The notes under the pieces were generated by a model. That model made no database searches, was not told the DNA's origin, and worked only from the letters and a program-made list of their open reading frames with translations. The translations under genes and the position numbers were made by a program. Of a DNA stretch of 64,000 nucleotides, positions 38,569 through 50,189 are shown one piece after another. Each line of letters opens with the position of its first letter. The stretch's first letter is position 1. Origin of the DNA: Candidatus Poribacteria bacterium (lineage in GTDB: Bacteria > Poribacteria > WGA-4E > WGA-3G); contig OZ243938.1 in the NCBI GenBank assembly GCA_965214095.1, positions 3,072,001 to 3,136,000 of the forward strand, written 5' to 3'.

Positions 38569-39924
38569 TCATTTTTCTCTTTTGCGGATCAACGCTACAT
38601 TGAAAATTGGACGTTCATAGTCGTGTGCAGGTTTGTTGACGATATCTCCCAAAGCCCACAATGCTGAGGAACTGCCACCATCAAAGTTAATCGCATGCTT
38701 TACACCAATATCTTTAAAAAAGGTTGCCATATCATAAAGTGTCATTCCCATGCTATGTCCAGCTCGTCTGCCATCAACAACAATTAGGAAGAGTTTTTCG
38801 TCATTAAATCCTAAAGCACTTCGTGGGTGTCGACTTGCACCATTGTTATGTCTATACGCACTTCCACCTCTGGTACGTGCAAACTCGGCTAACTCAGGTT
38901 CTACGACACCGTTTCGTAATAACCTTAGATTGCCACCAATTCCGTTCTGAACTGTCTGCCATTTATTAGGTGTGAGTGCAATTTCCAGAGAACCCTTGGA
39001 ATCCTTGGTAATTCTCTTATACCAACGGCTACCTAAACGTGGTTCTATTGCAAGAACAAGACCGTCAGTCGGAATTATACTGTTACCACGCGGATTAACT
39101 GCTGTCACGACAAATTGGCTGTTATATTTTCCGGTGATAGGAAGTGTCAACTTCTTGAGGACGAATTCGTAACATCTCCGGGTTAGTGTAGATCTACCGA
39201 AGCGAGAGGTATAAAGCACTACTGGACTATATGAATTACAGATTTGGTTAACTGCGTCAATCGTGAGTGTAGAGTTGTCAATACGGATTTTACCATTTAA
39301 GTTAACCGCGTCTAATAAGAATTCTCCATCAGGGGTGACACCAAAACTTGTTTCACCCCACGGTGTTGGTGGAGAATATCCCCACATATCCAGCAATATC
39401 GGAACGCTAACGAGTTCACCGTCTTGGATATGAAGGTTGAAAATCATTCCGCCACGACCATATCCGTCACCACGAATTCCGAAACTCCCATTAACTCCTG
39501 CTAAAGACATTATACCCTTTTTCCTAAGCCGCCGTGTTGCTCCTGAGACAGTCTCACGTCCTATAATTTGAGCGTTTGCAAGTTCCACATCAAATGAAAG
39601 GTTGTCGTTAACACGATCCATCTCTGCAACGTAAACAGTTGCATTACCAGACCAGAAATAACGGTTTAGTCGAAAACCTTCAGGCGAACTTTTTCTTTCC
39701 AGCGTATCCTTGCGACGAATAGATCGCGCCAGTTTTTCTTTTGATCTGACCGTGATAGGTTTAGGATTTGTATCCTTGGCAACATATTTAGTTATAGTTG
39801 GTTGTGATGTATTATCATCATCAAAGGCGCGCATCACATTGATTACAGTTATAAAAAGTAGGAGCAATATACATATTGCAATCAACTTGTGCAATAGGTT
39901 TCGGGGCTTCTTTTCTGTGTTCAT
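38569..39924 (-). CDS. Phosphodiester glycosidase (NAGPA) family protein
   Basis: GVNGSF, RHPRSALG, VVDGR, AINFDGGSSS; N-terminal TM/signal. Confidence 0.85.
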   Translation of the reverse strand: MNTEKKPRNLLHKLIAICILLLLFITVINVMRAFDDDNTSQPTITKYVAKDTNPKPITVRSKEKLARSIRRKDTLERKSSPEGFRLNRYFWSGNATVYVAEMDRVNDNLSFDVELANAQIIGRETVSGATRRLRKKGIMSLAGVNGSFGIRGDGYGRGGMIFNLHIQDGELVSVPILLDMWGYSPPTPWGETSFGVTPDGEFLLDAVNLNGKIRIDNSTLTIDAVNQICNSYSPVVLYTSRFGRSTLTRRCYEFVLKKLTLPITGKYNSQFVVTAVNPRGNSIIPTDGLVLAIEPRLGSRWYKRITKDSKGSLEIALTPNKWQTVQNGIGGNLRLLRNGVVEPELAEFARTRGGSAYRHNNGASRHPRSALGFNDEKLFLIVVDGRRAGHSMGMTLYDMATFFKDIGVKHAINFDGGSSSALWALGDIVNKPAHDYERPIFNVALIRKREK

Positions 39925-40008
39925 TATTTCACCACTATTTATTATGGAAGTATTGTGTCTTTTTTGCTAAAGATGCTTACAAGTAAGATTCCAATAGATC
40001 AACAGGAA

Positions 40009-40296
40009 TCAATTGGATTGGGTAGGTTTGATTATTCTGAATTGCACCTCTCCAGGTTTAACATAACCGAACTTTTTTCTGATAAGACGTTCCTTGGTTA
40101 AGGTGTCATTTTTTAGCATTTCAACACGTTTCTTAAGGTTATCCCGTTTGTTCTCAAGCCACTGTAATTCTTCCTGATACTCTTTCTCCACCCGTTGTGC
40201 TTCTTGCCAGTCGTTATACCCATTCCTGAATTGCCTGACACTGATTACCAGCAATGCTAATGCAATGATAAATAAAATTACACGAAATATATGCAT
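40009..40296 (-). CDS. ftsB: Septum formation initiator (FtsB/DivIC)
   Basis: TM, coiled coil, ERLIRKKFGYVKPGE; conserved position downstream of eno. Confidence 0.8.
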   Translation of the reverse strand: MHIFRVILFIIALALLVISVRQFRNGYNDWQEAQRVEKEYQEELQWLENKRDNLKKRVEMLKNDTLTKERLIRKKFGYVKPGEVQFRIIKPTQSN

Positions 40297-40318
40297 GTGT
40301 GACCTACATATAGACTAC

Positions 40319-40342
40319 TTGGGACAGACTTAACTGTCCCAA
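40319..40342. other. Stem-loop between eno and ftsB
   Basis: TTGGGACAG-ACTTAA-CTGTCCCAA; no U-tract after it on the coding strand, so more likely an mRNA stabiliser or attenuator than a classic terminator. Confidence 0.45.
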
Positions 40343-40355
40343 AATAACGAGTAAC

Positions 40356-41678
<1,323 letters not shown>

Positions 41679-41978
41679 TTATAGTTTTAAAGAAACCTTC
41701 ACTATCAGTGTAGCATATCACCGCTCATTTCTCAAGTCAAAATAAAAGGCAGATACCATACCGATACCTACCTATCCGTTTTGTGTTATTGACTACTTAC
41801 TGTCCGACTGCTTCAGTGTCCTTCCAGCCTTGTGTAATCTCAAAATCCCAGTGCAATCTTTCCGTATATATATGAGGATGTGCATAAATGATCGGTGGAT
41901 CAACATAGATGGTGGCACATGTCACAAACTTCTTCATGTGGATGGACACCATTCTTAGTGCAAAAAGGACAAGATTTT

Positions 41979-42061
41979 GTAGGTCGGGTAGAGCTTGCGA
42001 AACCCGACATGCAAGACTGGATACGATTGTGTCTGGTTTCACTGCGTTCTACCCGACCTAC
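41979..42061. repeat. REPIN-like GTAG REP doublet
   Basis: GTAGGTCGGGTAGAGCTTGCGAAACCCGAC and the inverted GTCTGGTTTCACTGCGTTCTACCCGACCTAC. Confidence 0.75.
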
Positions 42062-42131
42062 GACATAAGCTTAGAATCAAATTTATTTATGCACACCCCT
42101 CAATTAAATACAAAATTGTATCAAGAAAAAA

Positions 42132-42737
42132 TCAATCTTCTACAGATATTGAAAATATGGCATTTTCTGGTGGATTCATTTGACTTAATAAATTTCTAAA
42201 TTCCTGTGCCACCTTTCTGTGTTTAGGATTATCACTATTTTCAAGTTTAGAAATATAGTTTTGTAATTCCTCAATAGATTTAGTTTCAAATGTAGCATTA
42301 CCCTTCTTTGGCTTTAAATCATCAAAGGCAGTAATTCTCTCTCCTTTGTTAACCCCAACATGCTCAATGATTTTTAACGATCCATTTTCGACAAGCTCCT
42401 CTATGGTAGGTATGATAGGATTATCTAAAGACTCTTTTATACTCACTTGTGATTTAGATAAGTCCTCATTTGATTTTGGATCAACATCATCTGATCGCTC
42501 ATGGCTTTCTGATGCCAAATTTTGTTGGTTACTACGCTGCTGTTGTCGCTGTTTTGCATTTTTTATATTTTGTTCCACAATTTTCATTTCTGATTCAGTT
42601 GGAGCTCTATACACTTTTTTAGGCGTACTTAATTCTTGTTGCTGAGATATATTGTAAGCATATAGACCTAAAAAAACTATCGCAATTAACAACAAAAATA
42701 TAATGGCAGTTGTTTTTATAAACTTTTGATTTAACAT
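42132..42737 (-). CDS. Hypothetical membrane-anchored protein (AT-rich)
   Basis: 201 aa, single N-terminal TM, GGAGG RBS, no motif recognised. Confidence 0.6.
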   Translation of the reverse strand: MLNQKFIKTTAIIFLLLIAIVFLGLYAYNISQQQELSTPKKVYRAPTESEMKIVEQNIKNAKQRQQQRSNQQNLASESHERSDDVDPKSNEDLSKSQVSIKESLDNPIIPTIEELVENGSLKIIEHVGVNKGERITAFDDLKPKKGNATFETKSIEELQNYISKLENSDNPKHRKVAQEFRNLLSQMNPPENAIFSISVED

Positions 42738-42811
42738 GATTTATTCGCCTCCACGGTTATTGTTTATAGATAAAATCAATCTATATGGTAGCCTACCTCA
42801 CATCTACAACA

Positions 42812-43507
42812 CTACTCTTCTATAACGACATCGGCAAGCAGATATGCCGAAGCTAAAAAGACTAGACTTGAACCGATCAACAATCCTAACCAGAATCTGT
42901 TATCCAAACCACCAGTTACCAGAATAGAGACGGTGCATTTTGTGCCACCCATAATTATTGGAATAACAAGTGGCAGAAGTATAACAGATAATAGACTTTC
43001 ACCACCATCTGTGCTTGTAGACATCCCCGCTAACAGTACACCGACAGCACAAAAACCGAGTGTGCCAATACTCATCACACCAAATAATCTTAGCAGGACG
43101 ACTACTGTAATTTCATCAAACAAATCAAAAAATTGAAGGGCAATGGGAGTAATGACTATTTCCAGCAGTAGTAGGAAAACGAGATTACTAATGACTTTGG
43201 AAAGATATACGTTGCTTGCATCAACACCCGTGAGACGTATGCCGTGCAATGCACCGTGGGTTCGTTCAATGACAAAAGAACGATTCAAGGAGATTATACC
43301 GGAGAAGACAAAGGCTGCCCATAGGACACTTGCGGTTAATTTTCCGCGTTCACTCTTTTCTAATGGGAAATTCGGTCCAAATGCAAACGCAAAAATAAGC
43401 ACTACGAGGATGCTAAAAACAAATATTAGTGCCAACGTTTCTTTGGAACGGAATTGTAGTCCAATGTCTTTGCGTATTAACGTGGCAATCTGACGAAGTG
43501 CCTTCAT
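42812..43507 (-). CDS. ccmB: Heme exporter permease CcmB
   Basis: KD.....RSKE, SF..E...G.L, LLSVILLPLVIPI; adjacent to ccmA. Confidence 0.88.
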   Translation of the reverse strand: MKALRQIATLIRKDIGLQFRSKETLALIFVFSILVVLIFAFAFGPNFPLEKSERGKLTASVLWAAFVFSGIISLNRSFVIERTHGALHGIRLTGVDASNVYLSKVISNLVFLLLLEIVITPIALQFFDLFDEITVVVLLRLFGVMSIGTLGFCAVGVLLAGMSTSTDGGESLLSVILLPLVIPIIMGGTKCTVSILVTGGLDNRFWLGLLIGSSLVFLASAYLLADVVIEE

Positions 43508-43543
43508 GTTTGTCTCAATTGTAAGAACGACATATCACTGTAT

Positions 43544-44251
43544 TCACGCCGTGTCTATGATCCTTTCTTCATACCTTTGCAGTAAATCCTCTTCAGATAT
43601 TTCTTCTTTTTGTGCGATCTCTTCTAAATCTCCATTTATCATAAACAGAAATCTTGTTCCAACAAGATAACCCAACTCCGTATTATGCGTTGTGATGAGA
43701 ATACCTTTCCCATTTTCACGTTCTTGTGCAATACGTTTCTGAACAAACTGCTTCGCAGCCGCATCCAGTCCGGAGAAAGGTTCATCAAGTAACAGAATTG
43801 AAGGGTTATGTAGGAGGGCTCTGGCAATCATAAAACGTTGTGTCATGCCGCGTGAAAAGATATGAAGCGGTTCGTGAACAAAACGTTGCAATCCGACTTC
43901 ATCCAGAAGGGATTTACATCGGGTTTCAAAATGTTCAATTCCATACATCTGACCGAAAAACTTTAGATTCTCAAACGCAGATAATGTAGGATATGCTAAA
44001 TGATCATGAACAACAACACCCAACAAGTTTCGTGCTGCTGCGTAGTCTACAATTGCGTCATTCCCTTCAATCTCAAGTTCACCAGATGTCGGACGGAGGA
44101 GCGTGGCAAGTATTTTTATGAATGTGGTTTTACCTGCACCGTTGGGACCGAAAATTACAACTACTTCTCCAGAATTAATCGTTAGGTTTGCGTTTTTGAC
44201 TATCGCACGGTGTCCGAAGTGTTTTGAGATTTGGGAAGCACTCAAACGCAT
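43544..44251 (-). CDS. ccmA: Heme ABC exporter ATP-binding protein CcmA
   Basis: GPNGAGKTT, FSRGMTQR, LLLDEPFSGLD; directly upstream of ccmB. Confidence 0.85.
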   Translation of the reverse strand: MRLSASQISKHFGHRAIVKNANLTINSGEVVVIFGPNGAGKTTFIKILATLLRPTSGELEIEGNDAIVDYAAARNLLGVVVHDHLAYPTLSAFENLKFFGQMYGIEHFETRCKSLLDEVGLQRFVHEPLHIFSRGMTQRFMIARALLHNPSILLLDEPFSGLDAAAKQFVQKRIAQERENGKGILITTHNTELGYLVGTRFLFMINGDLEEIAQKEEISEEDLLQRYEERIIDTA

Positions 44252-44292
44252 AGTGTGTTGGAGAAATCTTTAGTTGATGAAACGCGTGAATA

Positions 44293-44323
44293 CAAAAAGA
44301 AAGGGCAGGTGTCATGCCTGCCC
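44293..44323 (-). terminator. Rho-independent terminator after korB
   Basis: Minus strand GGGCAGG-CATGACA-CCTGCCC followed by TTTCTTTTTG. Confidence 0.7.
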
Positions 44324-44336
44324 GTATCATTTCGCT

Positions 44337-45227
44337 TTACATCATACGTTGTATGATTGCATCTCCCTGTTCAGGTGTAACACCCATCGGTTGATGTGCC
44401 ATAGGTCCATTTTCTAAAACTGGTTCCATTTGATCTAATGATTGACTGTTGGTATCATGATAGAATAAGCCAAGTTGGGTATCATGTCCAGTTTTGATCG
44501 CTTGTTCAAGTGCAACTGCTTTGTCACTTGTATCGTGGTTTTCTAAGGAATTAACGCGTTCCTTCCAATAATCGAAAATCTCATCATCTTTCCAGGTTAT
44601 ACAAGGACTGATAACATCAATAAAAGCGAATCCTTTATGCTGCATCCCATTTAACATCAATTCTGTAAGTTCTTTTCGTTCGGAACTAAATGCTCTGGCG
44701 ACATAAGTAGCACCCGACACAATTGCTAAGGCAACAGGATTGAGAGGTGTTTCTATATTACCGTACGGTGTGCTATCGGTTTTCTCGTTGACTTGAGTGG
44801 TAGGTGAGGCTTGTCCAACGGTTAAGCCATAGGTTTCGTTGTTCATCACAATATAGAGTAGGTCAACATTTTTTCGCATCGTGTGTAGAAAATGGTTCCC
44901 ACCGATGCCGTATCCGTCTCCATCACCACCTGTTACGACGACATTCAATTCATGATTAGCCATTTTAGCCCCAGTTGCTACGGCAAGTGAACGTCCATGC
45001 AGGGTATGCATGCCGTAAGTTTTAATGAAGCCAGGTAGATTAGAGGAACACCCGATACCGCTCACAGTGAGATGATCATGATTACCACGACCGAGTTCTG
45101 CATAAGCGTTTTGCAATGCATTAAGCACACCGAAATCTCCGCAACCCGGACACCAATCTGGGTTGACATCACCTTTAAAATCTCGCGCAGTCGGTGCACC
45201 TTTGATAGGTCTTTCTTTTTTTGCCAT
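44337..45227 (-). CDS. korB: 2-oxoacid:ferredoxin oxidoreductase beta subunit
   Basis: WCPGCGDFG, SGIGCSS, HTLHGR, GGDGDG..IGGNH, SPC; substrate not determinable; alternative start 45236. Confidence 0.88.
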   Translation of the reverse strand: MAKKERPIKGAPTARDFKGDVNPDWCPGCGDFGVLNALQNAYAELGRGNHDHLTVSGIGCSSNLPGFIKTYGMHTLHGRSLAVATGAKMANHELNVVVTGGDGDGYGIGGNHFLHTMRKNVDLLYIVMNNETYGLTVGQASPTTQVNEKTDSTPYGNIETPLNPVALAIVSGATYVARAFSSERKELTELMLNGMQHKGFAFIDVISPCITWKDDEIFDYWKERVNSLENHDTSDKAVALEQAIKTGHDTQLGLFYHDTNSQSLDQMEPVLENGPMAHQPMGVTPEQGDAIIQRMM

Positions 45228-45244
45228 CTGATTCATCCTCCTTT

Positions 45245-47038
45245 TTAGACTACTATTTCCTGATATGGAACATAAAGTTCGGTTTTACCGATTAACAGTT
45301 CACGCACGCCGTCAGCGACGTGATGTGGCATAAACGGTTCACCATCATATTTGCGGATATGTCCATCTGCCTTAAAGCCTGTTTCCCCTCGTAAGAACCG
45401 AGCGAACTGTCCTGTGTAGTTGCATTCTACAATAATGGCGTGTCCTGATTTTGCTAACACTTCGTTTACAACATCTTCGTCAATTGGATATAGCCATTTG
45501 AATTGAATGTGGTTTGTCGTAATACCGTCGTCATTTAACATTTGTACTGCTTCGGTAATGACACCGTGTGTGGAACCCCATCCGATGAGTGTTACATCTG
45601 CATCTTCAGGTCCTTCAAGCGTTGGCGGGGGCAGGAGCTCAACAATACCTTCCATCTTCCGCTGTCTTTTTTCCATGATGTCACGACGTTTATGCGGGTT
45701 CGTAAATTCATCACTGATGAGACCGCCATCTTCATCATGGTCATCCGTAGCGACGACGTGCACGTGGCCAGGGGTACCAGGGATGGCACGTGGTGAAATA
45801 CCACTGTCAGTAATCTGATAACGCAAATATTCTTCGTCTGTTTGCCCGAGTTCAGTTATCATATCCCCACGGTCAATCTCTGGTTGCCAATTGATCTCAT
45901 CTGGTGCAAATGTTGTGTAACCTTCACCAAGCATAAGATCTGTGAGAACCATACCGGGGCATTGGAACTTATCAACAAGGTTGAATAGTTCTGGGATCGT
46001 GTTGAATCCGTCAATAATGCTTGTAGGAGCAACAACAATTTTTGGAAAATCTCCTTGACTTGCACCGAGTATCTGCCACAGATCTCCTTGTTCCGTTTTG
46101 GTAGGCAATCCCGTAGAAGGTCCACCGCGTTGGACGTTAATAACAACAATTGGAATTTCCATCATACCGGCACTGCCAATAGCTTCCGACATGAGTGCAA
46201 ATCCACCTCCGGAAGTCGCACACATTGCACGGCATCCAGCATGTGCGGCACCGACGACCATATTGATTACACTGATTTCATCTTCACATTGTCGTACCAT
46301 TATGCTCAGATCGCGAGCGTTTCTTGCCATCCAGCGTAGCACACCTGTTGATGGACTCATTGGGTAAGCAGCATAGAATTTGACACCTGCTGCTGCACCA
46401 CCCATTGCCATTAGCATATTGCCTTGACCGAATGCAAGTGGAGGCTCTTGTTTCTCCATTTTAGTATCAAATTGTGAGAAGTGTTCTGCAGCGTGATCAA
46501 AACCCGCTCTTGCGACTGAAATGTTCGCGTCCACGACATCCTGTCCTTTGCGTTTCAGAAGTGCTTCAATCAGAATCTCCTCAAGCGTTTCTAATTCCGT
46601 ACTCATCATCTGCAAACCAGCACCAAGTAAACATGTATTTAAACATGCTCTTTGTATTTTCCTGTCTTTGATTTCACTGGAGTATTCTTTGTAAGGAATA
46701 GAACACAACTGAATATCATCTCGTTCATACGTTTTTTTGACATCATCACCGTTATAGATAATCGCACCGCCGGGTTTGACGTGTGGAATATGTTTCTCCA
46801 AACTGTTTCTATCAAGGGCGATGATTAGGTCAATCTCGTCGCCGTGGTTGGCAACAGGTTCCGAACTAATTCTGATGGTAAGGAAGGTATGGCCTCCACG
46901 AATGAGGGATTGGTAAGCACTATAGGCAAAAACATGGAGACCATGCCGAGCACAGATTTGACTTAAGTTCTTTCCAGCAGTAGCTATACCTTGCCCGGGC
47001 GCTCCACCTATGGCGACTACAAAATCATACTTTGCCAT
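45245..47038 (-). CDS. korA: 2-oxoacid:ferredoxin oxidoreductase alpha subunit (gamma-alpha fusion)
   Basis: YQSLIRGGH, AAYPMSPST, QCEDEI, ATSGGGFALM, QRGGPSTGLPT; AAGGAG RBS before ATG 47038. Confidence 0.88.
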   Translation of the reverse strand: MAKYDFVVAIGGAPGQGIATAGKNLSQICARHGLHVFAYSAYQSLIRGGHTFLTIRISSEPVANHGDEIDLIIALDRNSLEKHIPHVKPGGAIIYNGDDVKKTYERDDIQLCSIPYKEYSSEIKDRKIQRACLNTCLLGAGLQMMSTELETLEEILIEALLKRKGQDVVDANISVARAGFDHAAEHFSQFDTKMEKQEPPLAFGQGNMLMAMGGAAAGVKFYAAYPMSPSTGVLRWMARNARDLSIMVRQCEDEISVINMVVGAAHAGCRAMCATSGGGFALMSEAIGSAGMMEIPIVVINVQRGGPSTGLPTKTEQGDLWQILGASQGDFPKIVVAPTSIIDGFNTIPELFNLVDKFQCPGMVLTDLMLGEGYTTFAPDEINWQPEIDRGDMITELGQTDEEYLRYQITDSGISPRAIPGTPGHVHVVATDDHDEDGGLISDEFTNPHKRRDIMEKRQRKMEGIVELLPPPTLEGPEDADVTLIGWGSTHGVITEAVQMLNDDGITTNHIQFKWLYPIDEDVVNEVLAKSGHAIIVECNYTGQFARFLRGETGFKADGHIRKYDGEPFMPHHVADGVRELLIGKTELYVPYQEIVV

Positions 47039-47292
47039 CTTGGCTCCTTTCAAATTATAAGCAATTTGTTCACTATTACATATTTATTATTTCGCTTGCT
47101 CTCAACGAAGTTCGAAAATTTTCTTTATAAACAATCCTAATGTTTTCTTTTTGTAATTATATCATATTCAAATGCTGTTTTCAAGTTTTATTTATGACCA
47201 ACAGATGCCAACAATGTTCACTAAGATTTATCCATATAGAATTGAAGTGCTATATACCAACACCACCTATCATAGTGTTCCTATTCAAATCT

Positions 47293-47318
47293 GCAGTGGA
47301 CGGTTGCCACTGTGCTAC
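47293..47318 (-). repeat. GTAG-type REP-like hairpin
   Basis: Minus strand GTAGCA-CAGTGG-CAACCGT-CCACTG-C. Confidence 0.4.
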
Positions 47319-47348
47319 CACAACTTTGTGCGGAATTCTTCCTGCTTC

Positions 47349-47957
47349 CTACAGTAAAGATTTTAGTGCTTCTTCTGCTTCTGGCGTTCCGATTTGGTCT
47401 AATGCAAATGCAACATGGTGCTTAACACGATCAGATTCATCATCAAGTGCTTTGATGAGTGCCGGTACTGCCTCTGCTGCAGCTTCACCCATTTTAGATA
47501 GTGCATAAGCGGAATAAGTTCGTACCTCGGCCGCTGGATCGTTCAAAGCTTGTATGAGCGCAGGTATCGTGCTAACCGCTGTAACTCCCATTCCACCGAA
47601 CGCGCGAACAGCATATTCTCGGAGTTCCTCGCTTGGTTTAGTAGTTAACATGTCAAGCAATGCAGGTATTGCGAGTTCACCAATACGGGTAAGTGTACTG
47701 CATATAACGAGGGCTTGGTGTCTTGGGGCATCCTCTATCTCATCAATAAGATTAGCTATTACTGGTTCACCGATCGCTGCCAAAACATCGCCAGCTTCAT
47801 CCGCAACATCAGATAGATTGTGTCCGAGTGCTTCAATCAATTGCGGTATGGCAGGTTCACCAATTTCAATCAATTCTGTCTTTGCATCTTCCCGCACATC
47901 GTCGTCAAACTCTTCTAAATCTTCAATTAACTCTGCTATGTGTTGTTCATCACTCAT
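47349..47957 (-). CDS. HEAT repeat (PBS lyase-like) protein
   Basis: Repeated units such as AIPQLIEAL, TIPALIQALNDPAAEVR and AVPALIKALDDESDRVK. Confidence 0.85.
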   Translation of the reverse strand: MSDEQHIAELIEDLEEFDDDVREDAKTELIEIGEPAIPQLIEALGHNLSDVADEAGDVLAAIGEPVIANLIDEIEDAPRHQALVICSTLTRIGELAIPALLDMLTTKPSEELREYAVRAFGGMGVTAVSTIPALIQALNDPAAEVRTYSAYALSKMGEAAAEAVPALIKALDDESDRVKHHVAFALDQIGTPEAEEALKSLL

Positions 47958-47991
47958 CCATTACAACCTTTTGTAAGATTTCCAACTTGTA

Positions 47992-49302
47992 TTAACTATC
48001 TATTCCACGTTCTTTCCGCTGATCAAGAATCTCCGACAAACGATCTGTTTGCTCCTTACGTAAACGGTTATAGACCCGTTCTGATATATCCTCTTTTTCA
48101 TGCATCGTATCAAGCATAGTAATTAATTCAAGTCGTGTATTGCGTGTATTTTCCAAATCAGTGTCATTAAGTTTACGAAGCCAACCAGAATCCATTTGGA
48201 TGGCATCTGTAGTATCGGAGTTGTCGGTTGAACGTTGTGTGCCACGGAGCGTGAAAATCGCTGCAACAAGAAAACCACCTGCTAAAGCAGCAGCAACGGC
48301 GATTAATACCATCTGTCCAATATTCGATTCTTGTGTTGCGAATGGTAAACCAGACACTGTAAAACTCAAATCCGGGGTTTCACCGGCTGTGAAACCTCCT
48401 TCAGGGGAGGCTACATATCTTGAATAGGTAACACCGTGAAACTGAGTAGGATTTTCCCGTTTAAATTGTTTTGAATTAGGACTAATATTGATACCTTGCG
48501 GAATAAGTAAAATAATTTCGTCTGTATGAACAGGTATCTGGCGAGATAATCTTAAATCAGGACCGTTTGCAAGAATACTATACCCAAATCCACCTTCAAT
48601 CTTACCTGTAGAAAGGGGTTCTGTTATAATAACCTGACCTTCGTCAGGATTAAATTTTAATGATGCTGGAGAAAACGGTTTAAACAGCGCATTCCCACTT
48701 GGAAGTGAAAAATGAAGACCTACCTCTTCGTCATTGAGTGTTGTCTGAAAAGGTAAAGTGTTCTTGTTTTCAACAACAAACACTTCAAAAATTGACAAGA
48801 TACCGACTCTTAGATGTAATGCAGATTCAAATCCGATGGCAATACTATATGTCTTAATACTGATCATTGAGGGATCATCTGCAATACCCCCGATATTAAT
48901 GTCTACATCAAGCTCAGGTACAAATGAAGATAACACCAAATCCTTTTCTTCGTGTTCAGTGTCATTGTAAGTCATAGTGATTGAATAATGCGTTTGCATA
49001 TCAATCGGCAGCTTCTCAAAATGATAGTGTCCATCTGCATCCGTCGTTGTTTCCTGTTTTGATGTATCTCCCGCTCTATGAATATTCAGTGTAACAGGAT
49101 GATTAGCAATAGGTTCACCTAATTTTCCATCAAAGAGTTCACCATGAATAACACCAGTATCATTTTGGGAATAGGTTGCAGGAAGGAATAAAATAGATGT
49201 CAGTGCTATGACCAATATACATCTAAAATAATAAACAGCATTCAAGCGACCTAAAATGCTGTATCTCTTTTTGATAAAGTTTGGTGTGTAATATATCTTC
49301 AT
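47992..49302 (-). CDS. Ccm-cluster membrane protein with carboxypeptidase-regulatory-like domain
   Basis: Signal/TM, TTTDADGHYHFEKL, C-terminal TM and a CcmI-like helix (LDTMHEKEDISERVYNRLR). Confidence 0.6.
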   Translation of the reverse strand: MKIYYTPNFIKKRYSILGRLNAVYYFRCILVIALTSILFLPATYSQNDTGVIHGELFDGKLGEPIANHPVTLNIHRAGDTSKQETTTDADGHYHFEKLPIDMQTHYSITMTYNDTEHEEKDLVLSSFVPELDVDINIGGIADDPSMISIKTYSIAIGFESALHLRVGILSIFEVFVVENKNTLPFQTTLNDEEVGLHFSLPSGNALFKPFSPASLKFNPDEGQVIITEPLSTGKIEGGFGYSILANGPDLRLSRQIPVHTDEIILLIPQGINISPNSKQFKRENPTQFHGVTYSRYVASPEGGFTAGETPDLSFTVSGLPFATQESNIGQMVLIAVAAALAGGFLVAAIFTLRGTQRSTDNSDTTDAIQMDSGWLRKLNDTDLENTRNTRLELITMLDTMHEKEDISERVYNRLRKEQTDRLSEILDQRKERGIDS

Positions 49303-49304
49303 TA

Positions 49305-49634
49305 TTAACTTTTTTGTTGTTTAAACCTTTCAATTTCAGCTTCTACATCTGTTTGAGCGGCGGCTTCCAGTTGACTTACAACTTGTGCTGTATCTTGCAT
49401 AAGAGCTGTACGCAATTCCTGATAATCCTCATCTGAGAGTTTTCCTGTTTCATAGTCTTCATCAAGGTCGGCTAAAGCAGAATAACACTGTTCACGTTCC
49501 AGATATAGCGTTTGCATGCGTGTTTCAGCTGGATCAACGTCCAGAATTGTATCTACACCTCTAATAAGAGGGAAGGCGATATAAACAAAAATCCCTATCC
49601 CCAAAATTAGAAGCCACAGAAAAACAATAGACAT
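49305..49634 (-). CDS. CcmI N-terminal-like protein
   Basis: TM followed by LADLDEDYETGKLSDEDYQELR; in the ccm operon. Confidence 0.65.
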   Translation of the reverse strand: MSIVFLWLLILGIGIFVYIAFPLIRGVDTILDVDPAETRMQTLYLEREQCYSALADLDEDYETGKLSDEDYQELRTALMQDTAQVVSQLEAAAQTDVEAEIERFKQQKS

Positions 49635-49645
49635 TATTACATCAC

Positions 49646-50179
49646 CTAATTCTGGTTTTTGTATTTATCAAGTTCTGATTCAAGGTGCTGTTGCAATTCA
49701 TCAGAAATCTGCTTATCTGGTTGTGTCGTAACTTTGTTTCCACGCGAACGATGACGGATCCCAAAGATAACGCCACCAATCGCTATCAGAATCACCGCGG
49801 GCATCAGATAGGCAAGTATATTAACCCCTTCTGCTTTCATGACTGCATGAAATTGTGTGCCATACTGTTCTAAGTAGGCAGTCCGAATTTCCTCAACAGT
49901 TTTTCCTTCCAATAATCTATTGCGAAACATGGTTTCAATCCTCTGTGCTGTTTCACAAACACATGCTTTATTCGTTTCCCGGACACATCCACAGAAACAG
50001 TATGTTGTGGTTAGCAGTTCGTCTAATTGCTTTTCCAAATGCATCTCATCATCAGATGTAACACGCAACGTATTATCCGTTTCCTGTGCAATTGGAGATT
50101 TTGAAAAAAGAAATAAAATGACAATCACAAGTAGAGATGTGCATATCTTTATATAAGGATGCAGATTCAGGTCCTTCAT
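49646..50179 (-). CDS. ccmH: CcmH/NrfF-like cytochrome c biogenesis protein
   Basis: CFCGC...CVC, LLEGKTVEEI...EQYG, C-terminal TM; directly after ccmF. Confidence 0.65.
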   Translation of the reverse strand: MKDLNLHPYIKICTSLLVIVILFLFSKSPIAQETDNTLRVTSDDEMHLEKQLDELLTTTYCFCGCVRETNKACVCETAQRIETMFRNRLLEGKTVEEIRTAYLEQYGTQFHAVMKAEGVNILAYLMPAVILIAIGGVIFGIRHRSRGNKVTTQPDKQISDELQQHLESELDKYKNQN

Positions 50180-50189
50180 TTGTATTCAC

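Noticed and set aside
41797-42199. Short ORFs 41797..42042, 41909..42199 and 41995..42183
   Set aside because: They run through a REP doublet and have no clear RBS or recognisable motif.
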